The notes below the pieces were generated by a model. That model did no database searches, was not told where the DNA came from, and saw nothing but the letters and a program-made list of their open reading frames with translations. From NCBI GenBank assembly GCA_001179505.1, contig CDMY01000098.1:62001-126000 (forward strand): a DNA stretch of 64,000 bases, read 5' to 3'. This document shows, piece after piece, positions 33,600 through 46,612 of this stretch (positions are counted from its first letter, which is position 1; each line of letters begins with the position of its first letter). This stretch comes from Vitrella brassicaformis CCMP3155 (lineage: Eukaryota > Protista > Chromerida). Made by a program: the position numbers and the translations under genes.

Positions 33600-36500
33600 A
33601 TTCATGCCTGTCTGTGTCTGTCCATCGGTCTACGCCTCTTGTGTCGGCCACAGAGCGCAGACTGCGTGACGGGGATAGAACGAGACCAAGCTGTGCACAC
33701 ACACACACACACACAGTGCAAGAGATGGATTGCCCACTGAGCCCTCTGGTCAAATACTCACTTGTGGAGTGCGTCGATTTGCTGCCTCACTGGCAACGCT
33801 GATGACGCCCCGCGCAGCTTCGACGACGGAGAAGCGCCAAGACGCACCAACCCAACTCCACCGCCTGACACGCAGCATGACAATCGCGCACATGACATGC
33901 CCCTGTCTATTTGTGTTTGTCTGTGTGCGTACTGCCAATGCCGCTGTCGTGTGCAGGAATCTGCCTGGGGTGCATCTTGACCCCAAGTGCATCGTCACTG
34001 ATCAGATATGTGCACACACCGGGGATGGATGGATTGATGGCTGTACATAGCATCGGTCTGTCTGACTCGTTCACCGACCGCGTGAGTATTTTGTATGTCG
34101 CGAGCAGGTCGGCCAACTCGACGCCATTCGTCAGGTACGCCAAGGCCAAATCGTGGCGGCGGAAACAGTAGCTGTGCGAGGCGATCTCAGACCAATGCCT
34201 ACACGTCCACGACACATACAGCGAAGAGAGAGAAAGAAGAAAGAGATGGATGGAGACATAAGGTCCGTTTGTGTGTTTGTGTCTGTGTCTGTGCTGACTA
34301 CCTGTTGGTCATTTGGTTGAGGTTTGTGTCTGTCTGTTCCTGCATGATGGCCCCCTTCAACGCGTCTGTCCACTGCTGCAGCTCTGTGTCGTCCGTCGAA
34401 GCGATCCGCTTCCCCACACCAGCCAACACTTCACCTGAACACACACACACGCGCACACATTTGTTCTCACGTAAGATGCTTTCGGCGCGTGTGGCGTACT
34501 CATTCGCTGCACGACGTCTTCGGGCGAGGCTTTGCTTCCCTCCAAGTAACAGTGCAGCTCGTGTGCTTACGGCGGTCTGGTCACGAGGTGTGCGCCAGCG
34601 ATGTAGCCGAGCTGGGATTGTGTGCGCAGGGTGTCGTAGAGAGACTGGTGCACGAGCTGGGAGAGGATGCTCAGGTGAACTCCTTCCTCGATGCCCAGGT
34701 AGGGGTACTGATAGACCAGCAGGCTTGCTCCATTGACGTCATCTGCATTTGGATGAGACATGAATGTTTCCCCAGTGATATGTGTGTGTGTGTCTGTGTG
34801 TGTGTGTCTATCTCACTCACTCACTCTGAATGGGGTTCCAGGCCTCCACTCGAATGTGCTGTCCTCGCAATTGGGCCACAGCTAACTCGGCGGCGTCGGC
34901 AGGTGCGAGTGGGTGGCTCACGCCGATCGTGTGTGCGAATGCCGTGATGACGTCCGCACTCTCGGCCTCATTGAGATTCCCACAGCTAGGCGACACACAC
35001 ACAGACACAGGTGGAGACATGATGAGAAAGGTCTGTGTGAATTTGCATGTCTGTGTGTGTATGTTTGTGACCTCAGCGCCTCGAGGTACAGTCTGTCCAT
35101 CTGTTGTGCAATGGTCTGGTGCATCTGCTGAGTGGCTTCTCCCGCACTGCTCAAGCCACTGAGGAACGCCGCCAGCTCGGAGCGGTGGAATGCCTGACGT
35201 ACACTGATGGCCTCGGCTATCTGTGCACAGCACATACACACATACATGCAACACGTGGATGGATCCATGTGTTGTGTTTGTGGGTAAATGCACTCACTTC
35301 GCCGGCGGACTGGACGGCCAGTCCTGTGTTGACGTCGCGCAGGTCAGAGAGGAGCGCACTGAGCGCACGCGACACAGACGAATCTCCAGCCGTGGTGTGT
35401 GCGGTGGCGAACGCCTTTGCGGTCGCATTGACGAGATGAGGCATCTGAAGTGCGTACGCTGTGAACCGGAAAGTCCACCCCCTTTGGTGGCTGTACGTGA
35501 CACGCGCGGTGGCGCCGCACTGTCGCAGGTCAGCCAGGTCAATGTCGAGGGCGTCACCGAGGACATACTCATACAGGCGGCTCAATGACGACACACGCAA
35601 TGCAGCCTGCACCCATGAGCAACATACAAAATGACATACGTATAGTCTCTCTATTATGCTGGTGCAGTCGCTCACCTCGTCTGAGTCGATCTTGGGAGTC
35701 TGGAGGGACAGGACCACATCCGCCTTCGGTGTGAGCACCGTGCGTGTGCTCTTTGCCGGTGGCTGCCCCTACCACCACAGTGTAGCGCCGTCGACGTTGA
35801 TGCGTGAGGGCCCATCTCGGCCTGCCGTGCGAGTGAGTAGTGGCTGTGTCAACTGGGGGATGAAGCGGAGCGGGGGAGGGACTGAGAGTGGCTCGCTCGA
35901 GGCACGCCAGGCGGCGATGACATCGGGAGGAATGGGGGAGATGGCAAACGGCACCCTGTGACAAATCCAGATGTCAGTTTATGTATGTCGATATCTCTCT
36001 CTGCGTGTGTGAGAGTGGCCTGACTTGTAGTGGCGGTCCGTCATGCAGGGCGGCTAAAGAATCGCATCGAAACTCACCTGCATGCACAACACACAAACAT
36101 AGAAGCTGTGTACACATTGTTTGGCTTCGTGGATGATGCGCACGGTCTGCAAATGCGATGTTGGCCTTCTCGGGCGTCATGTGTGTGTGCAGCACATCCA
36201 TCAGCAGCTCTGTGTCGGGCACATCCATGAGTCCGTGCACATCTGCCAGCAGGTCGCTCGGCGGCACATGTGGGTAGGACAGCGACTCAGTGAGACGCCA
36301 CGCATCACCACCTACACCATTCAGCGGGACAGTGCGAGTGTCTTCACGTGGCTCTTCCGTGTCTTATTTACTCATGTCCGTGCTCTTGTCGGTCCAGGCG
36401 AAGTCGACAGACGACATCCGTGCCAGACTCGCATACACCTCATTCAGATCAGACTACACACAAAACAACAGACAGCCACTCACATCGTTTGCATCTGTAT

Positions 36501-37906
36501 GCATGGATGGGTGTCACCTCTCGCAGTGCATTGAGGTATCCAAACAGGCGATCCAGCACACGCGGCACGTCCTTCGAGCCCTTGCCGGTGAGTTCCATCC
36601 GGATCAGTGCCATGTCAGCGACGCTCGACTGCTCGGCCCCATACTCGACGGACGACACCAAGTCCTCCTCACGCAGAGAGGCGAAGAGGCCCCCACGTCC
36701 TTTGTGTTCCATCAGGTATCGCAGGGCCGGGTGGGGCTGGCTGCTCGAGACCTCGCGGAGGGGCGGCAAAGCAAATGAGACGAACAGGAGAGGATGCTCG
36801 TTCTCGGTTACAGGCAGGTGTATCAACTGGTTGGTGTTGGTGCCGTCGAATGGCGAGTCGTACCCGCCGCTTCTTCGCGTGAAGTCGTCTTGTGTGTTCT
36901 CACATATGCCCTCGTTGGTGGGGGAGACGACTCCGAACGTGTCGTTGATGAGCTGCTGCTGCTCGGCCAGTGAGATGGGCGAGATGGTGCTTACCTACAC
37001 ACACACAATATTACATCAACGGGTGTGTCTCACATTCACATCTGCATACCGTCATGCGATGGCCGCAGTAGAAGCGAGAGTGGCTGACACACAGACGGCA
37101 GAGAGGAAGATATCAAGACATGACATAAAAACCTTCATCTGTGCCATCTCTGTCGTGCATTGGCTACAATCGTTTGAGTGCGGCGCCCATGTCGACGCCC
37201 CGTTGTGCTGGCTCCGTCTCGAGTGTGTCGACCGAGCCCGTGGCGAAATGTCCCAGTGGCCCACTCGCGAGTGACATCAGCAGGTACTCCACTTGTGCGT
37301 CGACCGACGGCATGTTCTTCTTGTGCTCGCTGTCGACTGCCTGCACCTCGCTGTGTGCCTCGCGCGCGTCGAGCAGAGGCGACGCAAAGAAGCCCGCGAA
37401 GCGCTGCAAGCCCTCGGGAAAGGCAGTCGCTTCCAACTGGGCGAAAAACACCGTCCTGCACGTTTGTTTGCAGAGAGAGATACAGAAGGAGACATGCATG
37501 TCTCTGTGTGTCCATCCAGCCGTGGATATGAGCATCCGTACCTCTCTTTGTCTGTGAAGGCGTTTCCCTGGCCGCCGGCGCGTGTGAGGAACTCGTCGTC
37601 TTCCGACGGCTTTGGGTAAGCCGCTGACCCCAAAAAGGCCATGTGCTCGCTGAAATGTGCGAGCCCATCAATGTCTCCGTCGTCATGGCTGCCCACATTG
37701 ACCGCACACGCGTAGGCCGCTCGAGTCGCTGATGGATCGTTGACCGCCACCGCCCGAATGCCGTTGGCCAGAGTGAAGACGCGGTAGGTCCGGTCGTCGA
37801 GGCGAGGTCTCTTGATGACGTCGGTCTCTTGATCAACTGACCCAACGGCGGTTGCCGACAGCCAGCAGCACACGAGCAGACTCACTGTGACAGTCAACCG
37901 CATCAT
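33600..37906 (-). CDS. Secreted insulinase-like zinc metalloprotease (peptidase M16A); 3' end approximate
   Basis: Signal MMRLTVTVSLLVCCWLSATAVG; DDRTYRVFTLANGIRAVAV; VNVGSHDDGDIDGLAHFSEHMAFLGS (HXXEH); GGQGNAFT; RFAGFFASPLL; EVQAVDSEHKKN; ALKRF|HSRFYCGHRMT; later LYDTLRTQSQLGY. Confidence 0.9.
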
Positions 37907-38098
37907 TGCAAAGCTAAGTGGTGTCGTTGGCTTGTGTTCTGAAAAGGCAGACTCTGAGTGTCAACGGCCGGATGGTCTGTTGTCTGTCTGATCGACATAC
38001 ACGCGGCGAGTCTGTACTGTAGGTGTGTGTCGTTTCTGCGTAAGCTTATTGACTAACTATATTTCATTCATTCACTCATCATTGACTGCGGCTTTCCT

Positions 38099-38479
38099 TC
38101 ACTCGTCCTTGTCGTCTTCCTCATCGTCAAAGTACTGCTGCCATCACATCACACAACACAACACAGAAACACGCTGCAGGCACATGCCCCTGTCTAGCTG
38201 CTGTGTGGTCTCACTTACGCCGAGGAGTGCGATTCCGATGAGTCCGAAGCTGCCCAGCGTCACCACCACATGCATCGCCTGCTTGGTGTCCAGGCCGAAG
38301 TACACCGTGCCGATTCCCAAGAAAACGATGGCCGCTGAAAGCATCACGCCAAAGGCGAGCATCCCGTACGACAGCAGCCAGTGCAGCAACATCCTCAGGC
38401 GCGTGGGCGGCCGTTTCTCTGCAGGAGCTGCCTCATGCGTTGAGTCCTCGGGGACGCGCGGCACAGCTTCCTTCGTCAT
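38099..38479 (-). CDS. Small membrane protein (~100 aa, 2-3 TM, acidic C-terminus)
   Basis: MTKEAVPRVPED...LLSYGMLAFGVMLSAAIVFLGIGTVYFGLDTKQAMHVVVTLGSFGLIGIALLG | QYFDDEEDDKDE*; one GT-AG intron. Confidence 0.75.
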
Positions 38480-39050
38480 TGCTGCAAGCGTCCGCAGTGC
38501 AGGAGACTCTTTCTCGCTGCCGTGTCAGAAGACAGAATTCAAAGATCGGAATGCAGAAAGGGTTGCGCGCCCCCACTCACTTGACGTCTCAATTGAGGCG
38601 CGTTGATGAACACACAGAGTCCCGCTCGCATTGCGAACGGTCAAACATTCGGACACAATCCACTGAGAGATCTCTCTCTCCCCTCACGAAGAAAACACCG
38701 TTGAATGGACGAGACGACGTGCGCTCACTCATGGCACGACACAAAGAAGCTGCTGGCTGGTGTGACCAAGAAACACCACTACATGAGTCAGACAGACGTT
38801 GCGTTGCTTACCAACAAAGCGTGACTACCGCCCTCACTCCCTGCCTGTGGCCTTCCTTCTACCCCCCTCCCGGCCTGCCTGCCTGCCTGCCAGTGTGCTC
38901 TGCCTGATTAGAACAGTAACAGAGAGTCGAGTATGGTTGGTAAGTATGTTACACCCACCCACTACCCACTCACATCAACAAGGGAGGGACTGCCATCCCA
39001 GCCACCCCACCCTCCCCGCCTTCCCTCGATCACCCCTCGCCCCAGTCAAG

Positions 39051-40152
39051 TCAGCACCGCACATAGACGAACAGGTGCCCATCGTCTGTCTTGGAGATGC
39101 GCAAGTCGTCATCAACGTACAGCGTGCTGTACTTGACCGACGGCAGAGACCCTCCCAGCGCCCCTCGCATCAGAGCTCCCCACGGTATGCGAATCTGCGT
39201 TCAGTAAACCAACCATATGCGAGCCGCACGTGCGGCCTTCCCCCCCCCCCTCTCTCTCTCTCTTACATACCCGTCTGCCCAGCATTGGGAGGACGTTAGC
39301 GTCACGGACATATGTTGACAAGAGCTGCAGAGCCATGTCGTTTGCTGAGCCGCCCTTGACAGGCCGCACATCGGCTGATGAAACCACAGTACCCTTCACA
39401 GCCATCGGCAGACCGGGCAAAAGACCGACAGCAAGGTCCACTTCGGACACCTTCACAAAAACAGCACATACACAGAGCAGTGCGTGTCCGGCTGGCTAGA
39501 TGTCTGCGTGTTCTGTGTGTGTCCGTACCATTTTGCCGTCGGCGACTTTCTGCCGCACCCGACCGATCTCCGACACTCGCGTTTGCAACCGATGGAGATC
39601 GAAGAGGCTCTCGGCCTGCGGCAATGCAGTAGCACTTCCGAAGAGACGGCGAAGCGTCATCCAGAAAGGGCTCTGCCGGAACAGCTGCACATCGCCGTAG
39701 AGCAGCTCCCACGTCCCGTCGATATTGGCATCGCCGCCCTCCTTCCCGTTGCCGTCAGCCGCCATGGCCGCCAGGGAGCTGCAGATGTCGTTCACCATTT
39801 CTTTCTCATACGGCTTCGCCAGCTGGCCGCGGCTGGTTCTCGCGGCGATAAGGAAGAGCTCCCTCTTGAGCTCGTCGACCTGCGTCTTGTCAAGGGTCAC
39901 CGCGGCCTCCCTGTTGTTGTTTGCAGCATCGTCGTCGGATATGTCTATCTCGGAGGGGAACGTGTCTTCCACAGTCGTTGTGAGCACCGGTGAGGCAATA
40001 GCATCGTCTGCGCGACTTGAGAGCGTCCGGGTGGTCGAATGCCGTGTCCCCTGAGGCCCGAAAGACGACGATGGCCGTGCAGGGAGGATGAAAGCCGATG
40101 TGAGGATCGAGGAAAGCAAGAAAAGAGCAGTGCCAAGGAGGAAAGGCAACAT
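39051..40152 (-). CDS. Plastid lipid-associated protein / fibrillin (PAP_fibrillin)
   Basis: Bipartite leader MLPFLLGTALFLLSSILTSAFILP; LKRELFLIAARTSRGQLA; IDGTWELLYGD; C-terminal TLYVDDDLRISKTDDGHLFVYVR*. Three exons. Confidence 0.88.
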
Positions 40153-40256
40153 GACAGGGAAGCAGCCGCTCGTCAGGGGTAGGGTTATGCTTGCAGGGTT
40201 TCCAAACCCTGTAACCCCGGCAGTCCGAGAGATCTGCCGCTTGTGGATGCTTCGCC

Positions 40257-43243
40257 ATGGCGACAGAGGAGAGCGAACCGCAGATCCTCCCTGCAACGGA
40301 TAATGACTCGCCAGCGACGGACGGTGCGCACACAGGCAGATACGCCACACATACAACCAACAGCAGAGCGTCCACTAGTGTGGTGTGTGTGTGTCCATCA
40401 ATCAGTGGTGGAAGAGGCTGAGGTGGAGCCAGCGCCTCAGCCTCAGCCACAGGCATCTCTGTTTGTTATCGGCGGGTGTGACGATCTGCGGCGGCACTCG
40501 TTCGACTGTGTGAGGCGGAGTGTGACGCCCTGGATACAGGGAAAGGCCGACAGGAGGGAGGAGGAGAGCCCGAAAGGTATACATACTCCATGGTGTGCAC
40601 AGACACACAAGGACAGGACGGGTGTGTGATAGCGTCTGTCACGTGAAGTGTGTTGGTCTGTGTACACTGATGGATCCATGGGTGCAGGTGCATCGTGCTA
40701 TGAGGCGCTGGCGCCGATGGGATGCCCGCGGCACGCGCATGCCGTCTGTGTGGCCACTGGTACAGACAGATACCCAGACAGACGTGAATCTAGTGACTGT
40801 GGTTCATATTCGCTGGGTGGCCTGCAGATGAGGAGATCTTCGTGATTGGCGGCCACGACGGCAAGAACCTCCTGCGGTATGCATTGCATGGCTGACTCAC
40901 ACACATGGATGGCATGGCATGGGCACACATGTTATGCTTCCCACACCATACCATGTCTGTCTGTGTGTCGACAGGTCAGCGGAGAAGTTCGTGATATCGG
41001 AGCAGAAATGGGTGGCGCTGCCGAACCTACACTTCCAGAGGGCATTCCTCGGTCAGTCAGCCGATCACACGTGTCCACCGTCAATCCAAAGGTATGTGTG
41101 TTTGTGCAGGGTGCGCGTGCGTCAAGGGTCAGCACGTGCTGGCCATTGGCGGCCAGGGCGAGAAGAGCGGTACGTGCGGGGCGCCCACTCACACACACAC
41201 ACACACATACAAACGCCCTTCGCATCGCAATCTGTGTTGGTGTGTGTGGATCTTTCCAGTGCTCAAGTCGGTTGAGCTGTACAACCCGGCGGCCAACACG
41301 TGGCGCGCCCTGCCCCCCATGAGCGAACCCAGACACTCGTGCTCTACCGCCGTCATCGGTCAGGGCATGCAACACACACATATGGATCCATGTGTCTTTA
41401 AAGATGCATGTGTGCGGACATGTATGTGTGTGTGTCGACAGGTCAGCGTGTGTACGTGTTCGGGGGCCGTGACGAGGCGGGCAACCACGGCAAAGTGCAC
41501 AAGAGCTGTGAGATGCTCGAGCTGCCCGCCACACCAGGTCAGGCACAAACCAGAACACCCATTTCTGGTGAGCATACGGTCATCTGCATGTATGTGTGTG
41601 TGTGTGTGTGTGTTTCCGTAGGTGCGGGTGGTGTCAAGCCGTGGCGTCAGTTGCGCCCGATGAAGCAGGCGCGGAGCGGCGCCACTGCTGTCGCATTCAA
41701 GGGGCGGGTCTTCGTCATTGGTACGCATAGATACGAGCAGTGGAAAGGCAATGGATGCACTGGGGACATCCGCGTGTGTGAGCTGTGCTGTGGTGTGAGT
41801 GCAGGTGGGACCACAGGCGTGAAGCCGCTGCAGTCGGTGGAGATCTATGACCCCAAGGCAAACACCTGGCAGACAGGTACGCATCCCACCCACCGATTCA
41901 GCATCTAGCATGCACCTTCATGGGACTGCACACACATCCATGTGGGTAATGGTGGGTGGCAGGTCCCCCCCTGAACTCTGCGCGTGCGTGGCACTCGGCC
42001 TTCGTGTGGCGTGACCAGATTGTCGTGTTTGGGGGGCAGGAACCGACCGCACAGGTGCGGACACATCCATCCATCCATCCATCCCTGCCTACCTGTCGTG
42101 TCGGTGCGTCTGTGTGTGTGTCCGCCGACAGTACATAGTTGACACGGTCGAGGTGCTGGATCCCACCCCCATCCTGGAAGGCGTCACCACACCCAGCCCT
42201 CCTGTTATGCCAGTGAGCCCCCCCTCCCGACACACACAGACACTCTCAGAGGCAGGGACACGTGTGCATGCTGCTGGTGTGTGTGTGTGCAGGTGTTCCC
42301 CCGTTCAATAGCCCCTTCAGGTGCGTCTTCCTCCTCGGCTTTGTCTAAGCAGCAGCAGCAACCGCCCGGCGACACGTGTGTGTGGCGTGTGGTGGGGTCG
42401 ACTGGCCTCAAGGACGCCTGGATGTACGTCGCTGTGCCCGTCGCCATGCCACAAGAGGTGGGTGCACTCCCCACCCACCCACACAGACACACAGACACAC
42501 AGATGGGTGGGCACGGCACATGTGTGTGCATGTGTCTGCAGGCTGAGCCAGAGGTAGAAGTGTCCCCTCCCTCCTCGTCTGCTGCTGTCGCTGTTGCTGT
42601 TGCTGCTGGGACCGCTGCAAGTGCGCCATCACGGCGGTCCGCACCAAGTCAACACAACGCACAGGAGCAGGCTGCTGACGCTGGTAACTAACTGGTCACA
42701 TAGGCACACACGTCTGCTGGGGCGCATTCATGAGTGCGGGGATGGATGGATGGCAGGTGAGTCTGGTGTGATATCCCTGACGGCCCAGTGTGCCAACCGC
42801 CAGTCGTCGGTGGTGCAGCCGCACCAGTCATCCAGCGCCCCTGACTCCGTCAACATCTCCCCATCGGCTTCGGCTGCAAGTCAGTACCCACCCACAGAAC
42901 CACACCCCACACGCCATCCACCCATTCACACGTGTGTGTGTGTGGCTGTGTGTGTGTTTGTGTAGCAGCCAATGGGCGGCCGGATGAGCCCCGGGAGATG
43001 GGGTCGTTCTCGTCTCTCGAGCGTCCGAAGATGCGCACGCTGCTGCCGATGGACGTCTTGGCCGCCAACAAGATGCAGCAGAGGGAAGGCAGGTACCCAC
43101 CGACGCATGGATGGATGGATGGATGCCTGAATGAGCGCGTGTGTGGATATCCGTGTGTGTGTGCTAGGGGTGACAATGGCGCCGATAAGATTGTGCACGC
43201 GCACCTTGATGCCGACGATGAAGACGGCGACCAGGTAGATTGA
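40257..43243 (+). CDS. Kelch-repeat protein with a low-complexity C-terminal region
   Basis: Kelch blades LFVIGG...YEALAPMGCPRH, IFVIGGHDG...SAEKF...KWVALPNL, VLAIGG...SVELYNPAANTWRALPPMSEPRH, VYVFGG...WRQLRPMKQARSG, VFVIGG...SVEIYDPKANTW, IVVFGGQE. Start MATEESEPQ at 40257. Confidence 0.88.
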
Positions 43244-44197
43244 ATGGGTGGATCCGTGTGGTGTGCGCACATGCGTGGGTTTCGTGTGGGGGATATATGT
43301 GTGTGAATGTGCAGAGTTCCGGGCGCAAGCGCGCGCAGCCCACCGAGAACGACCCCCTCGAGTGGTTTCAATCATGACTGACGAGACGAGCTGCCTGCCT
43401 TTCTCTCTGTCTTTTTTCTCCTTTGGCCGGCTCTCGGTTGGTTGATTCGGGTGGTGTGGTTGGTGTGTTGTGATTGGTGTTGGTGGTGTCGATGCTCTCT
43501 GCTCTCTGCTCTCGGTTCTCCGCTACCATGACACCCCCATGCATGTGTGTGGGTGTGTGTGGGAGAATGAGAGTGAGCGTGTTCTTTTCGTAAGCAAGCC
43601 CTAGGAAGGCAGCCAAGGGTTGAGACGAGACGAGGTGGGATGGTGTTGTCAGTTTAATCGAGACGAGCCGAATCGAATCGAGTCGAACAAACCAACACAT
43701 TGCAGCTAGAGGGAGCGAAGTTGAGCGACAACACACAGCAGGTTTCTTCGTGTCTGTCCTTTGTTGGTCTGTCCGCCCGTCTCTGCCTGCCTGCCTGCCT
43801 GTCTGTGCGAGAGCCAGTGTGTGTATGTTTCCAATGGACGACGAACCGACCGTTTTATCCAATACTAATAATACCGACCGATGCAGAACCACGGTTGAGC
43901 AACCGTGGTTACGGGCGGAGCCCCACCTCTCTGTCCCTCTATCATACCAGCCATCCCCCGCCCCCTCCCCCCCAGCACCCATACGCCTCCCTAATTGAAC
44001 ATCCTTACGCCTAATTGAACACTGCCTTACGCCTTCATCGCATGTGTGTATGCCCACGTGAATTCATGTGCCCAATAGCACACAATGTCATCCGCACACA
44101 CACACACACACACAGGCAGAGAGAGGGTGTCGACCGACACACACTCCCTCACCCAACCCACCCACAAGAGCACCGTGGCCAAATAATGGCAGAATGG

Positions 44198-46422
44198 TCA
44201 GATTGGTCTGGGCGTCTGTGAGGGGTCCTTGGGCGAGATGTCGCCCGGCGGCAGACTCGCAGACTTGACCTGAACACCACCACCAGCAACAACAACACAA
44301 ACACAGATACACACACATACAATGAAGAGGTCTGTCCTGAATGTTTGTGTACGAACGCTCACCACGTTCTCCAGGTTGGTGACCCGCTGGTTGAGGTAAG
44401 AGTTGACCTGACCATGTGTGCACATCGATGCCATGGAGAAGCACACCTCTCTGTCTGTCTGTCTGTCTAGGTGGGTGAGGCGAGGTCGCTGGCCGAGCAT
44501 GCCTGCCTACCTTTTTGAGGTTGACGATGGAGTCCTCCTTCTCCGCCAAAGTGGTCGTCAACTCAGACACCAATCGCTGCATCTCCTGTGTGCCACCACA
44601 CACACACAGAGGTATGGTGTGTACCATGTTGCAGTACTGCATCCATATGTGGCCGTGCGTGGTGGATGACGCACCTCGATTTGGCCGCTCACCACCCGGC
44701 TGTAGTGCGCCATCGACCCACCACCCGACGCACCCAATCCTGATCGACAGACAGACAGGCCAACCACACACACGCATTAAGGGCACCCACCCCATAAGCA
44801 GTTGCGTACCAGAAGGGGTGTGGGGCCTGTTGGTCGTCTGCTGCTGGTGCTGCTGTTGGTCGTCGATGTAGATCTTGAGGTTCCGTTCGGCGGTCGATGC
44901 GCGGCGCTTGGCGTTCTCCAGCTGCTCATGCAACCTGCACAGCGCCAGCAGAACACATAGATAGATCGGTGTGTCTTTGTGTCTGTGTGTCGTTCGGCGT
45001 GCCTCGCTCCCTCACTGTTTGTTGGCTTCAATGGCCCGGTCCCTCTCGGCAGCGACCTGCTGCAGCTGCTGACGATCGACGCTTCTGCTGCTGCTGCTGG
45101 CGCCTGCTCCTGCTGTGGGGCTGCGTGCACCACACATGGACACGCGGACATGCAGCCCCACAGCATAGGTGTCATCATCCCTTGTGTACCTGCCGTCTGT
45201 TTTGAGGCTGGCCATCTCCTGCTCGAGCTTCTCACGCGTCTCGGTCAACGAACAGATGCGCTGTCATCGGCGGAGGCGACAGGCAGGTCAGCAACGCACG
45301 CAACACACGCATTCGTCATCTCTCTCTCTATCTCAATCTGTGTGTGTGTGTGTGTTTGGCGGACCTTTTTGAGTTCGGTGGTGTTGTCAGGAAGCGACCG
45401 ATAAACCTCCTGCAGCGAATCCGGCAGCATCTCCCTGACACCACACACACACACACACACACGTGTATTCATATCTGCGTATGTGTGTGGTGTGTCGGTC
45501 GTTGTGCAGACAGATGCTGACTGACAGGTTGTCGTCACTCGAGCCACTCCAGCCGCCCCCCTCTGAGGCGTCGAACATGGACTGATACGCGTTGGGCAGC
45601 GGAGAGGGGGTGGGTTGACGCTGCTGCTGCTCTTGTTGTTGCTGCTCCTGCTGCTGCTGTTGGTGGTGTTGTTGCAGCTGCTGCTGTAGGTCCGTGATCT
45701 GCCTGTCCTTGGCCGCGAGGGACTCACGCAGCTCTGCCAGATGAGGGGAGGCAGTGACCTGACACACACACACACACGGTGAGGGAGAGGAAGAGCAGCT
45801 GAGTGTTCTGTCTGTCTGTCTGTCTCTCTCTCTCTGTGTGTGTGTGTGACGACGGTTGTGTTTGTCCCTTCCCTCCCTCCCTCCCTCCCTCCCTCCCTCT
45901 GCCTGTCTGTGCGAGAGGGCATCCATGAATTCATCCGCTCACCCCGGTTTGTGCGTCTCCGGTGGTCTCGCCCCCTCCCTGCATGGACTCGATCATGAGC
46001 TGCTGGTCCTGCACCTTGAGGTTGATCTCCGTCCACGACCGGCGGGCCTCCTCAAGCGACGCCTCAAGCCTCGACGCCTTGCGGTGCGCAGCGGCCAGCT
46101 GGTCCTCTAACGCCATTATCTGATTGATGGGTGCACAGAGAGAGGGGGCAAGGGATCTTTGAATATGCGCAGTGATGTGTGTGGGTGTGGGTATCGGGAT
46201 GGTCACCTTTTGGTGCTTGGCGTCGGCGGCCTCGTCTGCCTCTCTCTTGAGCCTCTGGTGCTCCTGCAACATCTCCTGTATCTGCTGCTCCGTGTAGGTG
46301 GTGCCAGTGGGACCCGGTGGCTGTGGCTTTGAGGGTGGTGTGATGGGCTGCTGCTTTGGGCTCTCCCTCTCAAGCTGGAAACGGCGCACCTCTGACACAC
46401 AGACCAGCACACATAATGCCTC

Positions 46423-46461
<39 letters not shown>

Positions 46462-46580
46462 TGGGTTTTTTGAAAGATAGGTACCTGCCTGGAACTCTGA
46501 CTCCATCTCTTTCTCCTTCTGAAGAAAGTGCTCCCGCTCCTTCTCGACCGCAGACTCGATCAGGCGCTGCGTCTCAGCCT

Positions 46581-46612
<32 letters not shown>

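Noticed and set aside
43990-44033. Tandem ~21-bp duplication cctaattgaaca(t/ctg)ccttacg
   Set aside because: A two-copy slippage product in 3' UTR or intergenic DNA.
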